The notes: generated from the letters alone by a model not told the origin. DNA of 64,000 bases from Acidimicrobiales bacterium (GCA_040002995.1 JBDUDK010000075.1:24160-88159); one strand, 5' to 3'. Positions 34,230 through 43,134 are shown, numbered from the stretch's first letter. Made by a program: numbers and translations.

Positions 34230-35429
34230 TCATGATATTGCACTCCCATCGAAGAGCGCGGCGCGGGCGTGCCGGCGGGCCAAAGTGATGGCGCCAACGA
34301 CGCCGCCGCGGGTGCCCAGGGCGCTGGCGGTCACTTCGATCGGGAACGGCGCGATGCGCTCGACGGCCGCGCGCACGGGTGCGAGCAGGTGGGGGTTCGT
34401 GCCGACGCCACCACAGAGCACGACCAGCTCGGGGTCGATGATGGCCGCCACCGACAGGATGGCCCACGCCAGAAGGCGGGCTTCGTCGGCCACGATCATC
34501 GTGGCGATCTCATCGCCGGTCGCGGCGGCCGCGAAGATGTCCTCCACCGTGCTATCCACCTCAAGCAGGCTTGAGGGGCGACCGTCGAGTGCGTGGCGTA
34601 GCGCGGCCGTGATCGCCGGGCCAGAGGCCGCCGTCTCGAGCGCGCCGCGACGTCGCGACTCGACGAGGGCGGGATCGGCCCCCAACGGGAGAAAGCCGAT
34701 TTCCCCGGCTGCGCCGTGGCGGCCGCGGAATAGTTCGCCGTTGACGACCAGACCGAGACCGACCCCTGTCCCAACGGCCAGAGCGGCAAACGTCTGGCAA
34801 TGAGTAGCGACACCACTTGCGTGCTCGGCGAGGGCGGCCAGGTTCACGTCGTTTTCGACGATGACTGGTGTCCGCAGCGCCCGCTTGAGCTCTTGGCCGA
34901 GGCGCACCTCACCGAGGCCGGCAACATTCTCGGCGAGGGCCAGTCGGCCGCCGGGCTGTACGACGCCCGGCGAGCCGACAGCCACCGCGCGAACCTTGCG
35001 CCACGGCACGCCCGCCCGCAGGGTGAGTCCTTTGGCGATCGTGGCCAGCTGGCCCACAACCGCGGCTCCCGGCCCGTGACGACTGGTGACCATTGTTTCT
35101 TCGGCGAGGACGTCGCCGTTCAGATCAGCTAAGGCAGCGCGAACCTTCGAGCCTCCCAAATCGATGCCGACGACGAGGCCGGCTTGAGGGTCTGGTTCGA
35201 ACATCACAGGGCTGCGGCCTGGGCTGCCGTTGCGTTGCGCCGCCCCGGCTCGGATGAGACCAGCCTCCTCGAGCGCAGTCACCAAGCCCAACACGGTGGG
35301 TTTGGATAAACCGGTCAGTTCGGCCAGGCGGTGACGGGTGATCGGACCGTGAAGCGACATCGCGCGAAGTACGGCTTGCTCGTTGGCCCGACGGACCAGG
35401 GCGTGGCGGTCGAGACCGGGCAGGCTCAT
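34230..35429 (-). CDS. ROK-family transcriptional regulator (N-terminal wHTH + ROK sugar-kinase-like fold)
   Basis: 399 aa. HTH is ITRHRLAELTGLSKPTVLGLVTALEEAGLI. ROK body is GIDLGGSKVRAAL...ENDVNLAALAEH. Confidence 0.8.
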   Translation of the reverse strand: MSLPGLDRHALVRRANEQAVLRAMSLHGPITRHRLAELTGLSKPTVLGLVTALEEAGLIRAGAAQRNGSPGRSPVMFEPDPQAGLVVGIDLGGSKVRAALADLNGDVLAEETMVTSRHGPGAAVVGQLATIAKGLTLRAGVPWRKVRAVAVGSPGVVQPGGRLALAENVAGLGEVRLGQELKRALRTPVIVENDVNLAALAEHASGVATHCQTFAALAVGTGVGLGLVVNGELFRGRHGAAGEIGFLPLGADPALVESRRRGALETAASGPAITAALRHALDGRPSSLLEVDSTVEDIFAAAATGDEIATMIVADEARLLAWAILSVAAIIDPELVVLCGGVGTNPHLLAPVRAAVERIAPFPIEVTASALGTRGGVVGAITLARRHARAALFDGSAIS

Positions 35430-35433
35430 CCGA

Positions 35434-36273
35434 TCATTCCTTGACCGCTCCCGAGCTGAGACCGCTCACGAGCTGACGCTGGATCAGCACTGTTAGCAAT
35501 GCGATGGGCACGATGGCCAACGAGCTGGCAGCCGCCATGGGCCCCCAGTCGAGCGTCCGGTTCGAGATGAACCCGCTGATGTAGACGGGCAACGTCTCGG
35601 CGTTGTTGCCCGCAAGGATCACCGGAAGAAGGAACTCGTTCCAATTCAATAGCGCAACGAAGATCATCGTGGCCGCTATTCCCGGCAAGGCGAGCGGGGC
35701 GATCACGAAGACAAACAGATGGAACCTGCCCGCGCCGTCGGTTCGCGCGCATTCCTCGACCTCGATAGGGATCTGCTCCAGAAACGATGTCATGAGCCAA
35801 ATCGAAAACGGCAGGTTGACCGTGGCGTAGATCACCACCATCGTCGGGCGCGAGTCGTAGAGACCAAACCGGGTGACGAGCTGATAGATGGGCACGATGA
35901 GCACGATGCCCGGCATGGCCCGGACCAGCACGAGAGTGGCTTCGAGAGGACGGCGTCCGTGGAACCGACGATGGCGGGCGAGGGCGTATGCGGCTACACC
36001 GCCGACCACGACACACAGCACCGTGGATGCCAAGGTGATAACGACGGTGTTGACGTAGACGCGTAGGAACTGGGGCCTGCCGAACAGGTCTCGATAGTTC
36101 TTCCAGGTGGCGGCGAAGTTGAAGAATTTAGGCGGGTTCGCGTAAGAGTCGACGCGGTCCTTCACGCTCGTTGACACGGTCCAGAACAAGGGGAACAACG
36201 CGGTCAGGGCGGCGATGATGAGCACGGCGTAAGCGGCTACGCGCCCTGCCCGGCTCCCGCGGGCGGCGCTCAC
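35434..36273 (-). CDS. Carbohydrate ABC transporter permease (CUT1, MalG-like)
   Basis: The track ORF (404 aa) is trimmed to the GTG at 36273, which overlaps the upstream stop (GTGA). The product has six-TM topology and an EAA-like loop (ECARTDGAGRFHLF). Confidence 0.85.
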   Translation of the reverse strand: MSAARGSRAGRVAAYAVLIIAALTALFPLFWTVSTSVKDRVDSYANPPKFFNFAATWKNYRDLFGRPQFLRVYVNTVVITLASTVLCVVVGGVAAYALARHRRFHGRRPLEATLVLVRAMPGIVLIVPIYQLVTRFGLYDSRPTMVVIYATVNLPFSIWLMTSFLEQIPIEVEECARTDGAGRFHLFVFVIAPLALPGIAATMIFVALLNWNEFLLPVILAGNNAETLPVYISGFISNRTLDWGPMAAASSLAIVPIALLTVLIQRQLVSGLSSGAVKE

Positions 36274-37232
36274 TTGTTGGCTCGTACAGCGCGGGTCCAC
36301 AGCAGGTAGACGGGAATCGTGAATACGGCGAGCACCACGCCGATGGCTGCCGCCCGGGAGATCTGCAAGAAGTTGAACCCGGTGTTGTAGTCGAGCAACC
36401 CCACCGTTTGCGTCGCGGTGCCCGGGCCACCGCGGGTGAGAATGAAGATGATGTCGAACAGTTTGGCCGCGTCGATGACACGGATCATCAAGATCACATA
36501 GAGCACGGGACGCAGCATCGGAAAGGTGACGAACCAGAACGTCTGCCATGCCGACCCGCCGTCGACGCGGGCCGCTTCCATCGGACTCTCGGGGAGCCCG
36601 GCCAGACCGGCGAGAGTTAGGAGCATGACGAAGGGAATGGCCTGCCACGAGTCGACAAGGACGATGGCTACTACAGCGCTGTGTTGGTCGCCGAGCCAGT
36701 CGACGTGGCCTAGACCCACGGTCTGCAGAAGCCAGTTCATGACGCCGAGGTCCGAATCAAGCATGAACCGCCACATGATTCCCACCGCGACCGGTGTGAG
36801 CAGCATCGGGATCAGCAGCGCCGAGCGGAAGAATCGGGTGCCGCGCAGGTTGCGGTGCAGCAAGAGAGCGAGACCGATTCCGGCCGGCAGTTGGATGGCG
36901 AGGCCCATCAACGCGATGACGGCCGTGGTCTTGACCGCATCGTAGAAGGTGCTGGTAAAGACATCGCGACGGAAGTTGCTAAAGCCCACAAAGCGTCCAC
37001 GGGCGAACGAGCCGATCGCCTCGTTGCGAAAGGAGAGGTAGACGCCCACGGCGATGGGCACCGCGAACAACGTCAGGAGCAGGACCCAAGCGGGGAGGGT
37101 GAGGACGGCGGCGCCAAGTCGACGCCGCCGAGCCGACCATCCCGGTCGCCTGGAGCGGGTGGCACGCTCGGGCCGCCCGGCCGGGATGGCAGCACTGCCC
37201 GGTTCAGGCAGGGTCCCGGCCGGAGCGGTCAT
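36270..37232 (-). CDS. Carbohydrate ABC transporter permease (CUT1, MalF-like)
   Basis: 320 aa with EAA loop MEAARVDGGSAWQTFWFVTFP. The start shares one base with the SBP stop (TGATG). Confidence 0.85.
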   Translation of the reverse strand: MTAPAGTLPEPGSAAIPAGRPERATRSRRPGWSARRRRLGAAVLTLPAWVLLLTLFAVPIAVGVYLSFRNEAIGSFARGRFVGFSNFRRDVFTSTFYDAVKTTAVIALMGLAIQLPAGIGLALLLHRNLRGTRFFRSALLIPMLLTPVAVGIMWRFMLDSDLGVMNWLLQTVGLGHVDWLGDQHSAVVAIVLVDSWQAIPFVMLLTLAGLAGLPESPMEAARVDGGSAWQTFWFVTFPMLRPVLYVILMIRVIDAAKLFDIIFILTRGGPGTATQTVGLLDYNTGFNFLQISRAAAIGVVLAVFTIPVYLLWTRAVRANK

Positions 37233-38566
37233 CAGCCTTTTTCGCCGGCCAGGATCGGCCCGAGCGCCTTCTCAAGGCCGTCGAGCCCCGACTTCACGTC
37301 GGACTTCCCAGTGAAGATGTTGGTGATGGTGTCCTGGATGGCCTTGTCCATTTCCGGCCACACCTTCAGTTGCGGGTAGCGCTCGATCCGGCTCGTGGAA
37401 GGAATGTTCAACAGTTTGAGATAGGGCTCCTTAGCCACAAGATCCGCGTTGGACGTAATCGACTCACGCCCGATAGCCGCGGCCCCCGCATTGAGGAAGT
37501 TGATGGCATTGGCCTTGCCGAGAACGAACTCGAGAAACTTCCACGCTGCGTCCTTGTTCTTGGAGTCGGCCGGGATGCCGATATTCCAGCCGGCGAGGTG
37601 GGTGATGTCGGCGGTGCCCATCGGCATCTTCGCCGTGCCGATCTTGCCGACGTACTTGTTCGTCTTGGGGTCCTGCATAAACCCGTAGTACCCCGAGTAC
37701 TGGATCATGGCGCCGATGTCCTGGGAGATGAACTTGCCGGTCACCCCATCGCCGTCGACACTCAGCGCGCCCTCGGGGGCGAGAGGAAGCAGACTCTTCA
37801 TGTACTCGGTGGCTTTGACGGCCTCGGGGGTATTGACCGTCGGCTGCAAATTGTCGTCGTAGAGCTTGCCGCCGAAGCTCCACACCAGGGTCATCCACCA
37901 CCACGTGGCCGCCGGGCCGAAGTCAATGAGCGCGCCATCACCCTTACCTGCCGCCTTGACCTTCTCCGCGTTCGATTTGAACTCGTCCCATGTTGTCGCC
38001 GGCTTGAGACCGAGCGCATCGTAGATATCTGTGCGGTACCACTGGATCATCGGCTCCGTCGACAACGTGAGTCCGAGGGTTGACCCGCCGTACTTGCCGT
38101 AGTCCTGTTGACCCTGAGAAAAGTCGGCAATGTCATAAGCACTGCTCTTCGCCAAATAGTCGTCGAGAGGGGTCATCACCTTGGCGGCGCCGAAGGCAGC
38201 TAGGAACGTGTTGTCGAACTGGGCCACGTCGTACGCGCCCTTCTTTTGTTGATAGCTCAGCAGCTCCTTCTGGTGCGCTTCGCCGTAGGGCGTCTCGGTG
38301 AAGTTCACCTTTATTCCGGTCTGCTTCGTGAACTCGGGAATGAACGACTGGATCGCCGTGCTCGAAGGACTAGGGATGAGAAAAACATTGATCTCACCGC
38401 TGGGCGGCGCCGTGGAGCCGACGCCAGCGACAGACGTGTTGGAGCCGGCGACAGTCGTGCCACTCGAACTTTTCGAACTGCTGCCGCAAGCGGCGGCCAC
38501 CACGCTCACCGCAAGAATCACGCTTGCCGCCACGAGCCGACGGCGTCGCCCAGATGTCGCTCCCAT
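37232..38566 (-). CDS. Extracellular solute-binding lipoprotein (family 1, sugar type)
   Basis: Lipobox VVAAACGSSS. The ATG at 38566 is preceded by GGGAGG; the track ORF starts 4 codons earlier at a TTG. Confidence 0.85.
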   Translation of the reverse strand: MGATSGRRRRLVAASVILAVSVVAAACGSSSKSSSGTTVAGSNTSVAGVGSTAPPSGEINVFLIPSPSSTAIQSFIPEFTKQTGIKVNFTETPYGEAHQKELLSYQQKKGAYDVAQFDNTFLAAFGAAKVMTPLDDYLAKSSAYDIADFSQGQQDYGKYGGSTLGLTLSTEPMIQWYRTDIYDALGLKPATTWDEFKSNAEKVKAAGKGDGALIDFGPAATWWWMTLVWSFGGKLYDDNLQPTVNTPEAVKATEYMKSLLPLAPEGALSVDGDGVTGKFISQDIGAMIQYSGYYGFMQDPKTNKYVGKIGTAKMPMGTADITHLAGWNIGIPADSKNKDAAWKFLEFVLGKANAINFLNAGAAAIGRESITSNADLVAKEPYLKLLNIPSTSRIERYPQLKVWPEMDKAIQDTITNIFTGKSDVKSGLDGLEKALGPILAGEKG

Positions 38567-38705
38567 AGTGCCTCCCAATCTCCGGGCGGCCTGCCCCCGC
38601 AGGATCCACCACCCCTATTCGCAGGGACATAACAAGTACAAGCGGATCCCAACGAATAAGTCAATAGTATTTACCGAATAGCACGCAGAGGGTTATCGTG
38701 CCCCG
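38567..38705. promoter_or_regulatory. Divergent control region of the sugar-type locus (GC-poor, repeat-bearing)
   Basis: 139 bp between divergent starts and visibly AT-richer than its surroundings. GGATCC occurs at 38602..38607 and 38644..38649. TATTCG (38616..38621) is inverted against CGAATA (38653..38658), and a third CGAATA lies at 38675..38680. Confidence 0.4.
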
Positions 38706-39566
38706 ATGGCTCACGTCCGCGACATCGAGCCCGGTGCCCAACGAGTAGTGCTCATCGTGGTCGCTCACGCCGACGATCCCACGCTCTTCGTTGGTGGAAC
38801 CATCGCCCGGTGGGCCGACGCTGGGTGGCGGGTCGTCGTGGTGCGGGCGACCGATGACCGGTGGGACTCCGTCGGGCTGTCGGAAACTGAGACGATCGAA
38901 CGCAGCGCGCTCGAGTTGCAACAAGCCGCCCACGTGCTGCGCATCCACCGCATCGTCGATCTGGGCATGGCCACCGACTCACTCGGCGACGCGAGCGAAG
39001 TCGCCCTGCGCGAGCAGATCATCAGGGAGATCCGACGGTGGAAGCCGTACGCCTTGGTCACGTTTGACCCGTACGCCATGTACGGCGAAGACAATCAGGA
39101 CCATGTCCTTGTTGCAGCAGCAACCGACGAAGCGTTCTGGACTAGCCAGTTTGACAAACATCACCCCGAGCAAACCGCCCAGGGCCTCGCGCCGCACGGC
39201 TGCTTCGAACGGTGGTATTTCGGACGCCGCGTTATCGACGTCACCGACGTCGTCGATACCACCGACACCTTGGAACGCAAAGTGGACGCGGCTTTGTGTC
39301 ACGACGCCGCGCTGCGAAACCTCGTCCACCAGCTTCGCCTACAAGCCCACACCGGAGGCTGGCAAATCCCCGCACTGGACACCGCCCTCGATGGCGACCT
39401 CCGCCCCGTCGTCGAGCCCCTCATCCGAGGCGCCGCCCAACGCACCGGAGCCCGATATGGACTCAACGCTGCCGAAGAGTTCCGAATCGTACGCTTCGGT
39501 GGACTCGCGGACTTCCTCACGGAGCACGGACAGCCCCTCGACCGCTTCCCCGATTCGCCCACATGA
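38706..39566 (+). CDS. PIG-L/LmbE-family N-acetylglucosaminyl deacetylase
   Basis: 286 aa. VVAHADDPTLFVGGT (AHxDD zinc motif) and a downstream DNQDH. Confidence 0.8.
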   Translation: MAHVRDIEPGAQRVVLIVVAHADDPTLFVGGTIARWADAGWRVVVVRATDDRWDSVGLSETETIERSALELQQAAHVLRIHRIVDLGMATDSLGDASEVALREQIIREIRRWKPYALVTFDPYAMYGEDNQDHVLVAAATDEAFWTSQFDKHHPEQTAQGLAPHGCFERWYFGRRVIDVTDVVDTTDTLERKVDAALCHDAALRNLVHQLRLQAHTGGWQIPALDTALDGDLRPVVEPLIRGAAQRTGARYGLNAAEEFRIVRFGGLADFLTEHGQPLDRFPDSPT

Positions 39567-40570
39567 TCGACGCGAATGGCTTCCCCACGGTCTACGGCCG
39601 CGGCCTGCTCGCTGCGCTCGTCGCCGACGTCGACCGCTATGTAGTGGTCACTCAACCCGAACCGTGGGCGGTCATGCAGCCGACCCTCGACCACCCTCCC
39701 GCCGCCGTGATCCAAGCCGGTGACCTGCGGCCCGCACACCTCGATGACCTGGCCAGCAACCTGCCCGACGTCGATCTGATCGTCGGCGTCGGCGGCGGCT
39801 CCGCAATGGACACCGCCAAGTGGGTGCACTGGCGACGCCAGCTCCCGCTGGTCCAAGTGCCGAGCCTGCCTTCGGTCAACGCCTGCTTCACTCGCATGAC
39901 CGCGCTCCGCATCGCTGGCGGCGTGCGTTACGAAGGCGATGCGATACCCGAACAAGTGCTCGTCGACTTCGACCTCATGTCCGCCGCCCCACCCTCCCTT
40001 GTCCGGGGGGGAATCGGCGACGTGCTCTCCTGCCACACCGCTCGCTTCGACTGGCACCTCGCCGTCAACAACAACTACGAGCCTGCCTGGGACGAGGAGG
40101 CCGCCACCATGTCGCTCCGCTATCTCGACGAGCTCGAGTCCCTCGCACCATCGCTTGCTGCCGGAACCGACGACGGTATCCGCGCGCTGATGGAACTTCA
40201 CCGCGACATTGGGTGGCGTTGCCATGAGCTCGGCCACGCCCGCTTCGAAGAAGGAAGCGAACACTTCTTCGCCTACGCCTTCGAGGAAGTCACCGGCCGC
40301 ACCATCATGCACGGAGAGCTCGTCACCGTCGGCGTGCTGATCATGAGCACCCTCCAAGGCAACCGACCTGAACGGCCGCGCTCTATCGCCGACCGAGTAG
40401 CCATGCGCACCGACCTCAACCAACTTGGAATCTCCTGGGACGAAATCGCCACCGCACTGCGCCGACTTCCCTCCTTCGTCACCGAACAACAGCTCTGGTA
40501 CTCGATCATCGACGAACTCGTCATCGACGAGCGCGCGCTAGCCGCTGCCCGTGCCGCCCTGGACCAATGA
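39563..40570 (+). CDS. Iron-containing alcohol dehydrogenase superfamily, glycerol-1-phosphate-dehydrogenase-like, copy 2
   Basis: The ATG at 39563 overlaps the PIG-L stop (ATGA). VGVGGGSAMDTAKW and RFEEGSEHFFAYAFE...HGELV. The N-terminal 117 codons of the track ORF are an Arg-rich out-of-context extension and were dropped. Confidence 0.65.
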   Translation: MIDANGFPTVYGRGLLAALVADVDRYVVVTQPEPWAVMQPTLDHPPAAVIQAGDLRPAHLDDLASNLPDVDLIVGVGGGSAMDTAKWVHWRRQLPLVQVPSLPSVNACFTRMTALRIAGGVRYEGDAIPEQVLVDFDLMSAAPPSLVRGGIGDVLSCHTARFDWHLAVNNNYEPAWDEEAATMSLRYLDELESLAPSLAAGTDDGIRALMELHRDIGWRCHELGHARFEEGSEHFFAYAFEEVTGRTIMHGELVTVGVLIMSTLQGNRPERPRSIADRVAMRTDLNQLGISWDEIATALRRLPSFVTEQQLWYSIIDELVIDERALAAARAALDQ

Positions 40571-41185
40571 CGGAGCCCCGTCCGCTCCAAATTCAGGTGG
40601 CTCGGAACAGTCCGAGGTTGCGAACGACGAAGACGTTCGGCTGGCCCATTCCGTCGAGAGTCTCTCCTCCGACGGCTCAACCGCAGCAGAGGCCGCCCCC
40701 TCCGGGCACCGACGTTTAGCGCGCTAACGAGCGGCGAACTCTCCGCCTTGTGAGCACTGCGAGCTCGTCACAAACCCCGTGACTACCTAGCTAAAGACGA
40801 GGCAAGGCCTCCCGATTCCGGTTGCATCGACGTGGATTCGACAAGGCGGACAAGGCCGCACAAGTCCTGGACTCGAAACGCGTATCTCGAGGGGGCTCGG
40901 ACAAGCAGGACGATCACGTGACCATTGCACGCTGGTGACAGGCAACTCGACACCCAATCCACGTTTGCATATAGGAAGTTAGGGTGCGCGGACTCGAAAC
41001 TGAACCCTCAGCTCACCAATCGACCAGTACTCGCGAGCGCGGGTGTGCTGACCGTCGGCCATTCCTCCCGGAAGCGCCAGAGATGAGGACGTCAAAGTAG
41101 GAGCCGGGCAACGCTGCTCGCGCTCCACGGTCTGTGGCGTTACGCTCGATTGTTGCTGTGAATCCGCTGCGTCCGGGGTGTGGGC

Positions 41186-41320
41186 CTGGTCGCGTCCACA
41201 GTCGCGTGATCAGTCGCGTCCGCAGTCGCGTGATCAGTCGCGTCCACAGAGTCGCGTGACGAGTCCGCGTCCGCAGTCGCGTGACCAGTCGCGTCGTAGT
41301 CGCGTGAGCAGACGCGTCCG
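41186..41320. repeat. Iteron-like array: 11 copies of a ~12-bp unit with core (A)GTCGCGT, alternating -CC / -GA tails
   Basis: Cores start at 41189, 41201, 41213, 41225, 41237, 41251, 41263, 41276, 41288, 41299 and 41311. Spacings are 12,12,12,12,14,12,13,12,11,12. There are no unique spacers, so it is not a CRISPR. Confidence 0.8.
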
Positions 41321-42068
41321 CGGTCCTATGCCAACCGCGCCCGTGGCGCGCTCGCGTGCCCGATGCTCGCTCGGCCTTGCAAGCCTCTATGCGACCTCGC
41401 GCGCCGTGTCACCCCGGAGCATGTACGTACCTCTGCGTCGCGCGGCGAGTTGGGGACGGGCGCCAGGTGTGTTCGCGACCCGACGGTCGGAGCCGCTCGG
41501 GCGCGACATCGGAGTCGCCTCTGTCTAGTCGCGCTCATGCCTCACACTGCAGGCGCAATGCCGTACACCGGAACGCGATTCCGGGATGGAGGCCGGACGG
41601 CTACCGCGACCCGGAGCAGCACGGCGGCCGGCAACCAGGTACACGCACCCCGGGGTGCAGATGTGTGACCCTATGCAGCGGGGGTTTGTCAAGGATCTTG
41701 TTCAGCTGGCGCGCTCCATGTTGGTTTGGGGTGGGGTCTCGTCCTGAGGAAAGCCGGGCGCGGAACTCTCCGCGTCGTGGAGTCCTATCGTCTCGATGAC
41801 TGGTCGGCTCCACCTCGGAGGTGGTGAGCGGGCGGAAACCCGCTACGGCGTACGCCGCGCGAGACGATGCAAACGCCAGAGAAGGCCATCTCGGCGCGAT
41901 GACCGGGTCGAGAAGCCCGGCCGCGGCGAGCCGAACGACGGCGACGTTGAAGCCGATGGCTTAAACGAGGTTGCCCTTGATGGTTGCGAGGCGGCGAAGC
42001 TCGACGCGTTCGAAAGCCCGCCAGGCGACCGCGGGACTGACCAACCCCGCCGTCGCGGGTGTGGTCGG

Positions 42069-42365
42069 TCACACGATGCGGGTAGACCAGTGGGGTGCTG
42101 GCTGCGGGTTGGTCGGCGTAGAGCCGGCGGCCTTCGCGTCGATCAGCTCGATGAAACCCTTCTCGGTGTTCAGCTTCTGCTCGGCTCGCTCCAGCTCAGC
42201 GACGTTGGCGAAAGCGGTCAACCACGACACCCCGCCGTCGTTGCCGGTCGAGTCGGCGAGGAACGCCGTAGGCAGCCCGGTGATCTGCTCGGCCCGCTGG
42301 GCGGTCTCGACCCCTAAAAGCAATCCCCGCGACACCCGACCGGCGCCGGTGGGGCCGCTGTACAT
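42069..42365 (-). CDS. Hypothetical small protein
   Basis: The protein-like composition and codon bias (…LTAFANVAELERAEQKLNTEKGFIELIDAKAAG…) contrast with the Arg-rich shadows around it. No family recognised, and the start is uncertain. Confidence 0.35.
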   Translation of the reverse strand: MYSGPTGAGRVSRGLLLGVETAQRAEQITGLPTAFLADSTGNDGGVSWLTAFANVAELERAEQKLNTEKGFIELIDAKAAGSTPTNPQPAPHWSTRIV

Positions 42366-42447
42366 CTCGCCCGCCTCTGGCGCATGGCTGACGGCACGTT
42401 CCACAACAACGAGCGACCAAGAACTCGACTCGGGGCCGCAGCGCTAC

Positions 42448-43134
42448 GTGCTGCTGCGCGGCGACATCTTGCACGTCGGTCTAGCCGTGCCCACCGACCC
42501 CAACACCGAGGTCCGCGGCGCCGTATCACCGGCCAACGCCACCGCCGACCAAATCGATCCGACCGTGCTCGGTCCGATCACCGCCCACAAGCTAGGGACC
42601 TACCTGGTACCCGACACACCCTCCGCCAACCAAATCAGAGACAAGTTCGCCGACCTGGCCGACTACGTCTCGCAAGTGCCTGGCCTCGACACGAACTGCG
42701 ACGCCACTGCGCCCGACACGAGCGCGGCGCCCGACACCAGCGAGTCGCCCACGTCGGTGACCGCCACCGACCGGCACTACTCGGGAGAGTTCGTGGACTT
42801 TGGCTCGACCCACTTCCCGGTCGTGTACGCGAGCAACCACATCGAAGTCGTCGTCCACCCCGACGGATCGGTGGATGGCTCCTACGAAGTCTCCTACACC
42901 GAAGATCTTCACAATCTCGTCGAGTACACCTGGCCCAGCAAGAAGACATACACGGTCAGCGGCACCCTGCGGATGGAGGCCGGCTCATCAAGTCTCGGGG
43001 ACGGCCAGACCGTGCACATCTCTGAGCCGGCCCCCACCCTCGACGGCTGCCAAGGCGACCACGGTATCTATGGGCACAGCCGGTTGCGGTGCTATCAACG
43101 ATCTCAGCGACACCCAAGTACTCGGCGGCGTTGA
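42448..43134 (+). CDS. Hypothetical protein, probably truncated and/or frameshifted
   Basis: Coding-like sequence (…HYSGEFVDFGSTHFPVVYASNHIEVVVHPDGSVDGSYEVSYTEDLHNLVEYTWPSKK…). There is no ATG, only a GTG at 42448, and no signal peptide. The C-terminus looks better in the frame ending at 43183. Confidence 0.3.
   Translation: MLLRGDILHVGLAVPTDPNTEVRGAVSPANATADQIDPTVLGPITAHKLGTYLVPDTPSANQIRDKFADLADYVSQVPGLDTNCDATAPDTSAAPDTSESPTSVTATDRHYSGEFVDFGSTHFPVVYASNHIEVVVHPDGSVDGSYEVSYTEDLHNLVEYTWPSKKTYTVSGTLRMEAGSSSLGDGQTVHISEPAPTLDGCQGDHGIYGHSRLRCYQRSQRHPSTRRR

Noticed and set aside
40834-40842. GGATTCGAC, resembling the conserved 5' motif of tmRNA
   Set aside because: There is no GGGG 5' end, no tag reading frame and no tRNA-like 3' domain (GGTTCGA...CCA) within 300-400 nt.
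41186-41320. Possible CRISPR array
   Set aside because: The units are 12 bp and contiguous, with no unique spacers, and no cas genes occur in the window.
41178-41528. 116-aa ORF with SRPQSRDQSRPQSRDQ repeats
   Set aside because: It is only the translation of the 12-bp DNA iteron array. The rest is Arg-rich, and no start context or coding bias is visible.
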